Of a DNA stretch of 64,000 nucleotides, positions 51,083 through 64,000 are shown in pieces (the stretch's first letter is position 1; every line of letters begins with the position of its first letter). The notes under the pieces are model-generated. The model had not been told where the DNA came from and did no database searches. It worked only from the letters and a program-made list of their open reading frames with translations. The DNA comes from Lophium mytilinum. Lineage: Eukaryota. The stretch is taken from contig MU004194.1 in the NCBI GenBank assembly GCA_010093605.1, positions 968,323-1,032,322 of the forward strand. Reading direction: 5' to 3'. The translations under genes and the position numbers were made by a program.

Positions 51083-52039
51083 AGGTCTTAGGCAACTTAT
51101 TGTAGGCAAAGCGCTCTATGATGGCTATGTGGGATGCTGTTAGTATCTTAAAAGACGAGACCGTTGATACCGCTGACCCCTCTTCTCTTCTTCCTTGTGT
51201 TTTACTCTTCGTCCTTGTATTTTACTCTTCTCCCTGCTCTCCTTAAGTTATGCCGCTTCATGCAGATACGTAGAAGCAGGTAGCCGCGCGGTTTCAGCCA
51301 GAAGGATCGCGAGCCTCATATATTATGAACAAGGCGCTACCAGCGCAAGTTGTGAACACGCCACCAAGACGGAATGCAAGCATGCGGGACGGGATTGTGG
51401 ACAAAAGTAGACATCGTGATGGGTTTGTGGTGTTGAGGCCAAGATGCGGTCAGAGCAGGGCCAGGGTTCAAGGGTCCATAGTCGCCGTGCTCCGATATAG
51501 GGGGACAGGACCCTGACGATCAACACCACCACCAGCCTCGAACTCCCGCCTTGTATAGTCACTGTGTGCCTGGAACGTTGCAACTGGTACTCTTGTCCTT
51601 GCAGCCCAGTCAAGGCTTTCAGATCCGCCTTGACCACCCATGTCTTCCTCAGCATCCTCGGCTTCGACAGGCCAGCACAGGCTCCCTCATGGCTCGGCTG
51701 ATAGCGCAAGCCACTTCTCAGACCGCGTGCGCCATGGCTTCGAATTATTTCAGCCTCCAGTGGCCACAGCGAGCTGGCATACCCATCTAGGCACGCTTAG
51801 AGCCAAAAAGACCCTTCATTCAAAGCAAAAGTGGCCCTTCCTAGGCTTTGTGGAGCCTCGCCGCCGGAGAATCCGTGTGAACATTAGACAGGCGTATATA
51901 GACTGGTGATACTTCTCTTTGCCGCCTTTTCTTTCTTGTTTCGTCAATTACATCAATCTGAAAACAACGCTCAGCGTCTCTCACTCTCATTAATCGTCTT
52001 CCGATCGTTAATCTTACATTCGTTCAATCATTATCAACA

Positions 52040-54325
52040 ATGCCGCAAATCATATGTGATCGGGCTAGTGGCTGTGGAGGTGGCGGCGGAGGCGCTCCTC
52101 CAGCATCGCTTTTGTGTACCTTCGACAGCCCGTACTTCACCAACAAGGTCGGGAGCGCCATTCCCACTTTCGGAATCGACGCGATCAACACCAATTTCCT
52201 GCAGGCGTCGGGAAGCTTCACGAATGCCTGTAAGTTTACTACCGTTGATCTTAACGTAGCTTTTGGCTGACGTGTGCAAAGATGGTACCATCTGCAGTTT
52301 TCCAACCATTAACTTGGCTGGACAGACTGCATCGACAAACGTGATTACTGTTAGTAGCCTGGCCTTACATCCGTCAGACTGTCGTTGACTTCTCGCTAGC
52401 CGAGTTTAATCCCCCCAGGAGGAGCTGCTACGATTTGCTTGGGAGGTGAGATTTTGTTATAGAATGTTCATCACATAAAGGACTAACATATGATCACAGG
52501 GCTCATTGCTCCACCGTCTACAATCGCCGGTCAATATGGCTCCACTACGTACACTAGTGTCATGTGCCCATCCTTCACGTACAACAAGATGGCCACGGGT
52601 ACCTGGACTTTGCAATTCTCGGAACCGACAGCACTAGGATTCGCGCCCCTGGTATTCGTTGTGGCTTCTCCTACGTACCTAACAGACTACGTCTACGGCA
52701 CAATAACAAGCTCCATGACACTGCCTCCAGTCGCATCAAGTACGACGACTACCACCCAGACAACCGGCACAACAACCTTGACAAACACTCTTTTACCCGA
52801 GCCTTCTTCCACTACTACCGCTACGGCGTATTCTACTACGGTTTTTGCTACGGACTATTCAACTCCACCACCTTCATCTACTCAAGTCGTTACTGAATAT
52901 ACGAATACTATCCTATCGACTATTACCTTGTCCGCTGAACCCTCTTCTACCACGACAGTGACGGAATATTCCGGGACTTCCGTAGCTACCGACCTCAGTA
53001 CAAGCACTCTCGACAACATCGCAAAGCTCACGGAATACCTATGCTCGAGCTCTTCTTCCAGCTCGAGTGCATCTTCCACTCCGGCCGCAACGACTCCTAC
53101 CCCTCTCTCATGTCCTGGTGACGACGGAACCCCGTATACAGCCGCAGATGGCGCGATCTACACTATCGAATGTGCCACCGACCACTACGGCGGAAATCTG
53201 GCCATGTCTTATCAAGACAGTCTCGAGAAATGCATCGAGCTATGCGAAAGCAGTGCAGGATGTGTTGATGTATCGTTCCTCCCGGGTAACCCTAGCGGCC
53301 CCTGCTATCTCAAGCAAAGCGTTGGAGAAAAGCAAACGAACAGCGGGGTTTGGGGTGCTCTGAAAGTGAGCGGCGCTTCAGCTACACCCTCATCCTCCTC
53401 TCTGTCTTCGTCTAGTGTCTCGGCCACCAGCTCCCCTACAGGCGTCTCCTCGGCCTGTCCAAACGGAGTATTATCTTCCGCACCCTCCTGTCCTAGCTCT
53501 GATGGTACCTGTTATGCTGTGAATGGAGACCTGTACAGTGTTTCTTGCTTCACGGGTTCCTACGGAGGCGACCTCGCACTGAGCTGGGAATCGACGTTTC
53601 AGGCTTGCCTTACCACCTGTTCCACCACCCCCGGCTGCATCGATGTCTCTTATCCTGCGTCAAGCGACGGCGGAAACGCGCCCTGCTACATGAAATCTGC
53701 TATAGGGGAAGCCAGGTCGGATAGCCGCATTTGGGGCGGAAGACTGATCTCATCTGCTGCGAGCTCCACTACGTCGACTTCTGATACAGCTGCATCTTCA
53801 AGCTCCGCGTCTTCAACCACCCTAACGACGATGGTATCGGTCGTTGTACCTCTCAAGGCACGGGTGACTGGACCGCCCGCCTTCACCAAGGGGCCTAACT
53901 ACACCTTCCCGCCTATCCCGCACACTACTGTCACAACAGGCCCAGTAAGCACGCAGACCATCACGCCATCCCCATCCGGCATCGCAACTGCAACTTCCTA
54001 CGTCCTCGCGACGACGACTTCGACCCAGACGCCTGCTCCGAGCGGCGTGAAGACGAGCACGCTTACGACGGCGAGTACGTCGTATACCACGGTGACTTAT
54101 CCGCCGAGCGTGGCCACTTCGACGCTGCAGACGGATTCGACGAGCTTCACGACCGCGACGCCGGCGAAGAGTGGATTGGCGAGCACGACGGTGACGCTGG
54201 AGGACTATCAGACGAGCGTGGCGGTCACGTGGGTGACGGGGTCGGCGCAGGTGTCGACGGTGACGATAACCGGGTGTCCGAGTTCGACTCGGTCGGTAAC
54301 GCCGCCTGAAGCCAGTACTGTGTAG
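52040..54325 (+). CDS. Ser/Thr-rich protein with two PAN/Apple-like Cys domains
   Basis: Exons 52040-52229, 52282-52349, 52400-52445, 52500-54325 are in frame; two CP..DG..Y...C..D/S.YGG.L....C...C....GC.DVS....CY.K modules. Confidence 0.8.
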
Positions 54326-54509
54326 GAGCAGTTCCCCACAGGCTTCTAGAAGATGAAATTCTCGAAAAGCGCTCGCCACGGCTCTGAGAAGTAGTCACGC
54401 CTTTACGTCTATCTATTTTATAATGCGATATCTTTTGGCCACCTGCCGAGTACCTATCTCTAAAGCTTTTCGTCATCTTTCCTATGCCCCTGCCTCCCCC
54501 TCTTCCGCC

Positions 54510-56223
54510 CTACCCCTTCTTCGAGCCGTTCCCTCCCTCCCCATTCGTCCTCTTCACCAAAAACGCCCCCCGCTCAATCGTATTCACAAACACAAACTCC
54601 TTCAAAAACGCATAACTACTCCAACTCCCCACAAAATCAATCACGCCCCCATTCGGCTCCCCATCATCCTCGGGATACACATCGAAGAACCCTAGCTCCT
54701 TCACACTGCCGCCCGTCGGATCGCGCGGGATGCTACTCACATCGTAAATCCGCAATCCCGCGCCATAATTACTTTGATACGACACGCCGTCTTTGATATA
54801 CTGGTTATGGTCGATGCTGTACGCGCTGGATTTGTAGTAGCCCGTCTGCACCGGCGCGGTCAGGTTGGCGATGTTCCAGATGTAGGTAACGGGGTGCCCG
54901 TCGGCGGCGGGCTCGGCGCGGTCGAACTCGTCGTACTCGTCGTCCATGAGGAGGTATTCCTGGTATGTGGTGTCGAGGAGCCAGCCTTGGTGGGTGTAGG
55001 AGGCGCCTTGGTAGGAGGTGCGAGAGAGGATGGTGGGGGCTTTCTTGTCCGTCATGTCGTAGCTGAAATGCCGGTTTCGTAAGCAAGACTGTGGTGTTTA
55101 TTAGGAGGGGATGGGGAGCGTACATGGTCAGTGAGTCTTCGTTGTAGCCGTAGCAGATCTCGCGGCCGTTGTACTGCGTGTCTGGGCCTTTGTAGACGAC
55201 GCACTGTGCGTCGTGGACGTAGCCGTCTTCTGAAGCGCAGCCTGGGGATGTTGGGTTGGATGGGTCGGATAGGTCGATGGCGATCAGGCCGGCTTTGCAG
55301 GCAGATGTGCGAGGCGCGGCGCCGTTGGCGTATGCGAATCCGGTGGCCTCGTTGATGCTGACGGTGTGGGAACGACCGGACGGTAGGCCTTTGAAGATGC
55401 CAGTGCAGTCCTTCTCCTTGTCAAACGTAACCGGATTCTTCGGGTCAATATTCAAGAGCTATCACCGTCGTTAGTGTTCATTGTGATACTGAATAAGGTG
55501 GGATCACGTGTGTCATACTTTCTTCATGTCAAAGATCTGAATATTGTGCCCCTTGGCCTCGCTGCCGATGACCATGTAGTGCTTGTACGCCCTGATCTCA
55601 CGCCAGATCGCATTGACCGAGTACGTCGGCAGGCGGCCGAGATAGCTCATCTTGCCCTCTGGCAATATTTCGATGAAAGCGGCGGCATCAGCCTGGCCGA
55701 AGGCAATGAACTCGCGGCCGTCATCCGATGTCCAGCCCCAGGAGGAAGATCCCTCGCCCGTTGTGCTGCCGAGAGCGGAGTGGCTGAGGAAGTGATACAA
55801 ATCGACCTAAGTGTTTGAGCTAAAGGGACCGGGGGAGAGTTCGAGATTGGGTTCGTACGTTGTCACATCGGAAGGTGTTGTTTGCGTCGCCTTTGATGGC
55901 GATCGCGAGACCGTCTTTGCAAGGGACGAAGCCGAGTTCTGGGTATTGCTCTGATTTGTACGCGCCGGCTGCTTTTTGGCGGTCGAAGGTGCTCTTCGGC
56001 GGAGCGTCAGTATCGTGCCCGAAAAGCTAGGAAACATAGAGAAATGGAAAAATCAAAATCAGAAAGTAAGGTAGAGACATACGTATTTCTTCGCCATAAT
56101 CATCTCATGCATCTTGCCCGATTTGTAAAGCTCGGCATCTTTCACAGCATCAACCGCCATCTCATGGGCAAGCCCGCATGCCGTGAGAGTGAGGACGCCG
56201 AGCGCCGCACGAGGGAACAACAT
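54510..56223 (-). CDS. Secreted choice-of-anchor B / LVIVD-type beta-propeller protein
   Basis: Signal peptide MLFPRAALGVLTLTACGLA; WGWTSDDGREF, WREIR, YVHDAQCVVY, YTHQGWL, IDHNQY, YQSNYGAGLRIYD, GSWSSY, NTIERG; several introns. Confidence 0.82.
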
Positions 56224-57942
56224 GACCAAGAGACTGAGTTTGACCTCGACTCGAAATGAATGAGGACGGAATAGCACAATGAGAAAGAGCCCAGGCAGCC
56301 ATCTTTATACTCGCGCTGCACCCACTCATCGCCGCGATCATACAGACTCGCCCAGACAGCACTCTAAAACTTAATCGTGTGCCATGGCTTCCTCATGTCT
56401 TAGCTGTAGATCTATATGAAAGCAGTGCTGGGCTTTTGCTGCACCCATTCGCTAGAAGTCTCCTTCCGCAACGGGTATAGTGCTTGGATGGGGCCGGGTA
56501 GGGCGTCTAGGGCTGTGCTGTATAGTGCGAACTCTCCAACGAGCATCGCAGATTCTCAAGATGCTGTCGAGCTAGACTAGTGATGCTGGCTTAGTGTTTT
56601 TCTTCGATAGATCCAATCGCTTACTGTTGCTACTCAAGCTGGTCGTACCATAGCCTCTCTAGTCCTACCGTGTCTTTCGTATAAATTGGAACCTAAACTT
56701 CCGCTTACTACTCGAGAGCCAGCAGGCTGCACCGAGGATAGCCGTTTCTCCTAATTAGCAGTTCATATGGAAATGGGTGGAGGGAGGCAGGTCACATCTC
56801 GCCATCCCAAGGGTCGCTTTGCGCAAGCAAATCGTCTCCAACGTCGCCATCACGACACATCAGCTGCACCGAGGGTTGAATCGACATTAGGAAGGCCGTT
56901 GGACGTAAGGCTCTTCTATGCTTGGCTCTACCTGTTGGGTGTGCTTCAGTGGGTGTTTTGGCAGGTGAGTTAATCTATGCGACTGGGCGCCCAGAGCCAA
57001 GTACGAAATGAGGGCCTATCACTAGAGGCGTTGTCGTATCGCAGACATAGTGACTGCTGGGCAGATTTGTCTACCGTGGGGCCGGATGAGGTAGTTGTAT
57101 AGACGACATATCGAACAGGAAGCCAGTCAGGTTTTGTTAGGAAGAGGGGTGGTTGGACGCCGTGGAACTGTGAGCGACCATGGGCGTGGGGTAGGCCGCC
57201 ACTCCCGCGACGCGCATGTAACCTTATTTTTCCAAATTTTGATTGGTCAAAGAAGTCTTAGACCATTTTTGTGAGAGTGTGTATATTGCTTTCGTGATGT
57301 TCGGTTTAAAATGCGTCGAGTAAATCAGGTTTCAAGCTCTAAAGTGGAGGTAATTCGAAGTGGCCGGTAATGTACTTCGTACTGTGACTGATGCTGAATA
57401 ATGATCACCTTGGCACTTCCTGGGATCCATGGATGGGTAAGGGCCGACTAGCGGAGCATAATTCCCGATAATTCGCCTATTACGCGGATATCAGCATGAT
57501 CGGTGAACGTACGAGTGGTACGTAGTCAAAGGACCGAAAATAAGTCCTCCGCTGGACTGAGAGATAATAATTAAGAAAGAAGAAAGAAACAAGAAAGGAC
57601 AAGGAAACTGGGGGAAACAAAAACTTACGCACTTCCGAGTTAAAGACATGAAGGTAATATATGCGCAAAGCAGTGAGAAGGTTCTTGCGGGCAATTGACC
57701 GAGTCTCCAGCGCGCTATCCAGTTGTTTTGCCGGCGGTGTCCTAGCCATATACTTGGAGGTGGCTTGACGATAAGAATATAGATATTACAAGTATAGTGC
57801 AGTGTTAGCATACAGAAACAGAAATGCCCATGATCTTTCCAGAACTCCGGTTTTTATTTACGTCCCAATGTCTAACCCATAACCGTTCCCAGATCCCGAC
57901 CATATGAACCATACAAACGAAGTGTATGTTCCATCGTCCATT

Positions 57943-59226
57943 CTATCGAGCATAATGATGGAGCTCCGCTGTGCTGCTAGAGGTACTTCTTCCGTCATCT
58001 TTGTCCCCTTCCCTGTCATGCGCCCCCTCAGTCACAATTGTCGTTGCAACAGTCTTTATAATGCCGGTCTGTTCTTCCAAACTGATCGAGTCGTCATCGC
58101 GTTTGTTTCCCTTGCTAGCAAACGCGTGTGAGGTGGTCGGATTCCCAAGTGGGTGCTCCGATCTGTGCTTAGATTTGCCGTGCGAAGTAAGCTCGGTCGT
58201 GCCCCCACTACGGCTGTCCGAGTGGAAGGCATCGGTGCGATCAGAGCCCCGCACGACCTTGGAGATGAGGTCTGCCATGGAGAGTTCGATGTTGAGCTTG
58301 ACCAGATATGCGAGAGGGTGGAATTGGACGTAGCTGCAAGATTACGCATTAGATGATTGCCCAAAGGCATGAAAGGGAGTCCGAACGGAGAAGGTATACT
58401 TACATGAATGTGTTTGGCAAAGACATCATTCCCACAATGAGAACCTAGATCCCCGTTCAGTATTTGATAACGAAAGCAGGGAAATTAAAAGCTTACATCC
58501 ATAGCTAGTGACGCCACAATGATGCTAGCGTTGAAGTTGAAAAGCGGCTTATACTTGGTCAACCCCCTCTGGATCAACTTTGACCGAACGAGCCAAAGGA
58601 AGTATCCATTCAGCGCCAAATCGATAAAGAGGAAAATGATCTTCTCTGCGCGATCCCATACGTTGTTGATATGAATAAAGGTTTCAGAGACCTTCATTCG
58701 CGCGGGGATCCAGATACAGAACACTGAGACATTGACAATCCCGATCAAGATGAACAGTGCCCACTTCAGCCTCGTCGCCTTTTGTTTGTCTACCATGACA
58801 AGACCAACTCGATTGGCTATGATTTGGAGAATGAGTTGCGTCTATAAATGGATCAGTTTGAAGAAAAATCAGAAAGAGTCTAATATGCTCACTTGAATCA
58901 CCCACATGCATACTTGAAGACTCCGTTAGCAATGCATACGAAGCATACCAGCATCAAAGTCCGGGGAACTCACTAAGACCAAAAAAGAAGCCGAACGACG
59001 GCTTGATATTGCCACGAAGGTAGCACCACGTGTAGATGGTCATGACAAGATTGTCGACCAACTCTGCCCAGATCATCCACGAATAAGGGTTCCATACTCG
59101 CTGCGTTCTCTTGTATATCGCAACAGTCTGGCGAGCAGCCTTCATGGATGTAAGGACAAAGAAACCCAGACTAAACCCCATGGCAATGCTTGGGACATCC
59201 ATCTCACTTTCGATGACCTTCCCCAT
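57943..59226 (-). CDS. Fungal multi-pass (7TM-like) integral membrane protein of unknown function
   Basis: Successive hydrophobic helices across spliced exons (GFSLGFFVLT, WMIWAE, IINRVGLV-like, SVFCIWIPAR, WDRAEKIIFLFID, QFHPLAYLVKLNIEL) and a polar cytosolic tail. Confidence 0.82.
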
Positions 59227-61512
59227 TTTGGAAGAGTGCGACAGTGATGTTGGAAATGAAACGACGGAAACTCAGGCTCTGGAGGGAAGGAAAAAGAATG
59301 GAATGCAATCTGAAAATTATCGTGTGGGGACGATGGGTGCAAGGTGATCCCTATAACATTCGCAGGAGTGCAGATCAAGTGTCACGGATGACGGGAGTGA
59401 GATTCGTATGCAGGGAGACGCGCAAGATACGAAAGCGGGCAGCGTGAAGAACCCATAACCGGTATGCCCATGACACGATGAACTATCTGATGAGAGGAGC
59501 CTCGGCGCTTCCTTCCATCCACCGAACATGGGTTGGAGAGTTTGGAACGGTTGGTCGAAGCTATCAAAAACGCTATGGGCGGAAGCGGTTCATCCTGACT
59601 GAAAATCTGGAGCTGATCTACGATTATCGAGAACAGGGAGGATAGTGTCTTTGCAACCACCTGCATGTACATACAAGGGTATGGCTTGCGGCAGGTTGCG
59701 TGGGCTTCCCGTAAAAATGCGGTAGTAGATATACCGGTGTATTTCAGCGGCCCGCTATTTCGCTTTCGGCCCGATAGACTCGGGTCCACCGAGGCATTTT
59801 ATAGGTGTTCGTTCTCATTCGGATAAATTTGAAGTGGAAGATAGGAAATATCACTGAGTCGTGCTCTGATTTAGCCACGTCCGGTTCATGAAAGGGCCCT
59901 TTGATACCACTACTGCGGGCCTGCGGAGGTGGTGGTCTGATCTGTGCTTTAGTTGAAAGGGGAGTTTAAACCTTATGTTCAGCCACTCCATTCATGCGAG
60001 GTGCCTGAGCGGCCAGGCGTGCTATGCTCGGTTGCTTGAGGTGTCAGATTGGATTTGCGTGGCTGATATTTGTCCTCGGTCAGACTGTCTAACCCGGAAT
60101 ATCCCATTGCTATGTTAGAGCTTGAATGGGATGTGCATCAACTTCCGCCCGTCGTGAAGGTGTGTTGATAAAGAGGACTCGTATATGCACATCATGTTGA
60201 GGATTCGAGTGGGCCTTTGGACCAAACCCCTGGATCTCAAAGCCCCCGTGTTCAGATCCCCCGGAGTATCTGTTGTGGGCTGATGTATGCGTCAAACCCG
60301 TGGAGAAATCACCAGCCTTACGACCGAAACCGCATGAAATACCGCCACGTACCACGACCACGGGTCTTTGCGTGCGGATGCTATCTATGTGAGTCCAGAT
60401 CGACACATGTTTTTGACTTTCGTCTACCTGCCTGCCGTAGTCCAGCATATCTGACGTACACTAGAGCAAGCCATCCGCCGAAAGTCATCATTTCTCGCCG
60501 ATAAGAAGCACATCAGGCACGCTTTGACAGCTAGTGCCGCTTTCTCTTCCCTCACTGCGAAAGTTACCGAGTCATCGTCCACGATGACGAGGTCAGTCGT
60601 GAGGAGTGATTCTAAGGCGGCGAAAGATCCGCTTGATTGAAACCCCAGGGTTCAATCGAGCGGTTGACTTTTTGTCGAGAGGTTGCGATGCTGCCTGCTT
60701 GAGTAAGGGCCGCAAGCACCTACGTTGAACTAGTGAACAACCTTCAACGGGCTTCCAGGAAACGCATGAGGCTTTTTGCAAACTGTCTAATCATATCAAA
60801 GAAGAGAAAGCAAGTGCGGCAGAGGCGCGGGGCGAGGGGGAAGGCGTTAGAACGTGGACGCAGTTGGTGCCATTGGAGTGACCGTTAACGCTACTCCTCT
60901 GTCGAAGTCCAAGGACCACCACAAACTGCTTCTGTGATTTCAACGGGGCCTGAGACGGAGCTGACTGCTCATGAGGTTTGGCGGCAAGCCACCGACGTTC
61001 AATACTCATCCAAACTTGTATTGCTTGCGTTCCATGTTTCCGGGCGATCGATTGGAGGAGAAAATGTCTCTCGCTATTTACTTACGATTCATGCTTTGCA
61101 TGTGTGGCAGGGTCTAGATTCCCAGCGCGGGAGAGGCTGCAAGTGTCGCCTAAAGCTTAGTGCGGCTGGTGTCGCGGACGTGGGATAACCTTCGTCCAAC
61201 GATGTTCTGGACGTCGAAAGGGATGCCAAGGCGCCATGCCCGAGATGGAGACAGCACGTGATCTTGACCGGGATGCCCATCAGGACTCTTGATTCCACAA
61301 CTTGTAAAAAGGTATTGCGATGTTTTGCTTTTCAATATTAGCTTCTCGTCTGAACTTTGCATTTCAAGAACAGCGACATGTACGAACCGGAGCAAGTCGG
61401 ATATTTGAACCTCAGATCAGTTCACTGAAATATCCATCCACATTCAATCCGTAAGGTAATCGTAGATATTCAATTCTAGGGCCTATCCTGTTCTCAACCC
61501 TTCACCGCGATT

Positions 61513-64000
61513 TCATATCTCAACCACTCCCGTCCCATCAATCACCAACCCTCCCGGCCCCACCGTTTCCACCCCCTGCTTCTTCGCCTTCTCACTCCCC
61601 ACTCCTCCACCCCCCACAATAACCCTACCCTTGTTCTTTCCCTTCGTCCATACCCTCGTATCTCTGGGGTCGAAGCCCCCGTTGCCCCAGAGCGCCCACT
61701 CCGGGGTTTCGCCCCCAATATAATCCTCCGGTCTCCACTCGCCGCCGCCCTCGTATAACTCGAAAAACTTTTCAAAGTCGATGCGCGTAGCCCACTTCCC
61801 GTTCCTGAGGAACCTCTCTTCATCCGCGAGCAGCACACAGCAGCTGTGCGCGTGTTCGGCCGCTATGCCGTAGTGCAAGCCCCTGCTACTCAGCTCTTTC
61901 GCGAGTGCCTCGACGAACGCCGCAACCTCCTCGTAGAATGGAACGTTCTCCATCGTTATTCCCGCGCCGCCGGCAGCAGAAGTACCGCAGTACGTGACGC
62001 CCTTCACCTCGACGAACCCCGGTAGGGCACGCTCGACTAGATCCGCGTACCCGCGGACTTCATCGGCCATATTGAAGTTCTTGACGAGGGTAAGACGGAA
62101 GACGGTACGCTGTTCGAGTCTCCGCCTCTTCAGGATGTCCAGACACGCGCAGAAGCGCTCCCAGAAGTCTCGATGGAGGGGTCTGTCGATCTTCCTTAGA
62201 CTGTCTTTGTTCGATGCGTCGATGGAGACATACAGCTGTGTGACGGGGATTAGGGCCTCGAGTTGGGCGGGGTGCTGTGCGTTACAGACTAGGAAGGTCG
62301 AAATGCGGTTCGCGTGCATAATGGCCACAAGCTCGTTGATGTGTGGGTAGAAAATAGGCTCGCCGACGAGGGAGAGGGCGCAGTGCCGGATGCGCATGGC
62401 TTCTGCAAAGCGCTCGGCGCGGACGCCGGGGACGCCTTTCATCGCTTTGATCTTCTTGTAGTGGGCGGTCGTAATGCCATCGAATATTACTTCAGGGGCG
62501 TCGGTGATCCAGCGCCAGGTTGTTCCTACAGGATTGGTGCCATGGCGCCAGCAGAAGACACATTTATTGCTGCAGGATAGGGAGGGCGTGGCTTCCATGC
62601 AGAGATGGGATGCAATGCCGTAGAACGAGTATTTGTAGCATGATCCACGGCCTCTGAGTGCGGACTTGGTCCACCGGCAGATTTTTACACCAGAGTGAGA
62701 ACCGATGATGCTGTAGCCTTGCTTGGTGAGAGAGGCATGGGTCGGAGAGGACGTCGGGACCATTTCTTTCAGTTGAACTACTGCAGGAGTCTTCCGCTTA
62801 GACTTGTATGTCGTGAAGTCGATCGCCAAAGGCGCTGATTCGGCAGCTTCCTCTGTATTGATCATTCGCCCAAGGTCCTCGAGATCGTCCACTCTTGCGG
62901 TTTTCTGAGGCTTCCGCGCTTTCGTGGATTCCTCGTCGCTGTTGTCCACGTCCTCCATATCCTCCTCGTCGCTCTCTACGGGATTTCCACTCCCTGCCAC
63001 TCCGTCACCTAGCCCCCTTCCCGCAGCGATCTCGATTACAACCTCTTGTACACCCATTCGCCACTCGTTCAGCCTCTCTTGCGCAGCACCCTTAACATCT
63101 CCCATGCCTAGTGGGAATGCTCGCTTCCTCCCCGTTAGCTTCGCTAACCACTTGTCCACTTGTTTCGCCTGTGAGCAGAACCCTTCTTCCTCTGTCGGCC
63201 ATCCTTCCTTGTCCCCAAAGCCGAAAACGCTATACCCAAGTAGCCCAGACAGCGGTGCGGTATCGATGCGGAAGTCGTTGTGGGTTTCTTGAAGATTCTC
63301 GAGGAAAATGTCGAGTACCGTGTCGATGTCATATGAGGGAAGTAGGACGAGATAGACGTATTTCGTGTTTGGGTCCGTCTTTGGAGGGCTGATAAAGTAG
63401 TCATCGTACTCGATGTAGGAAAGGTCAAGGAGCTCGGGCCTTAGTAGAGACTGAATGTCTGAAGTAGCTTCAATCCATGTCGCCAACTCCTCTGCAAATT
63501 TGGTCGCAAAGACTTCCGTAGTCGCTGCGAGTGAGGAGAAGAAAATCAATGGCTGAATCTTATCTGTTGTGTGGTCGAAGTCTTTGGCTTGTTTCTGCCC
63601 TGATTTGAGTTTCACTCCCTTCACCGTCTTCGGCCCTCGATTCCGCAGTTGCACCAATGGGGGTGATGAGTCCTCGGCGCGAATTTCTGGGAGCAAGGTT
63701 TGTTTCTCCGTGCGGCCCTCTAGCTGCCACGGAAGACTGATGTCTTCGTCTTTCTCAGCTGGAGAAGCCGGGGCTGGCGACAGAGAAAGCCTTTCGCGCT
63801 TCCTTCTGGCATTCTGAATCAGTCGTATGGCTGCAATCAGCGATATTGCGGAAAGGATGACGGGCAGTCTGTGGGCATGCCAGATCTCGAATATCTCTGT
63901 TCACTTTGTTAAAGCCGTTTCCGAATAGTCTGGAGGGATCAGAGCAGTTCTGAAAATGCCTTACCGGTAGGCAATTGCCCAAGTCGCGTTGAGAAATCCA
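61513..64000 (-). CDS. TYW1: tRNA wybutosine-synthesising protein Tyw1 (flavodoxin + radical SAM); start codon probably just beyond the window edge
   Basis: Flavodoxin-like YSVFGFGD; HSGVKICRWTK; CSNKCVFCWRH radical-SAM motif; LSLVGEP; EVKGVT. An upstream exon (intron near 63897-63964) reads (M)DFSTRLGQLPT|EIFEIW followed by a hydrophobic anchor. Confidence 0.95.

Noticed and set aside
57480..57750. 89-aa minus-strand ORF (MARTPPAKQ...) with an intron-like GTAAGT and pyrimidine tract
   Set aside because: Only superficial similarity to histone H3; neither spliced form resembles a known protein; may be 3' UTR of the membrane-protein gene.
59300..61450. 2-kb gap checked for tRNA, snoRNA and small genes
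   Set aside because: No cloverleaf or T-loop, no paired C/D boxes, no credible ORF.

Overview
Gene-dense, intron-containing DNA from a filamentous ascomycete (Pezizomycotina; Dothideomycete-like is my inference). I can support about 21 protein-coding genes, one pseudogene and one RIP-damaged inverted-repeat element; no tRNA, rRNA or CRISPR is visible. Housekeeping genes (PIS1, DRS1, MSS51, PUS7, SYG1, PPX1, TYW1) are mixed with secreted or accessory genes (AA9 LPMO, amidase, GH5, PAN-domain protein, choice-of-anchor-B propeller, a ~1,330-aa repeat protein). The best candidate for an under-described system is at 25.5-30.7 kb. One spliced gene fuses a PhnZ-type HD diiron C-P oxygenase to a PhnA phosphonoacetate hydrolase, and a stop-containing intron sits at the domain junction. 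A convergent Zn2Cys6 regulator overlaps its stop codon (shared CTAG). A 15/16-identical CGG-containing motif lies upstream of both genes, and an inverted-repeat element separates the regulator from its copy. The phosphate genes SYG1 and PPX1 lie close by. The second highlight is the ~1,735-aa unknown protein at 40.9-46.3 kb, which looks like a cryptic fungal GAPVD1/RME-6-like RasGAP+VPS9 protein with a SEL1-like tail. All calls are by eye; no database searches were run.
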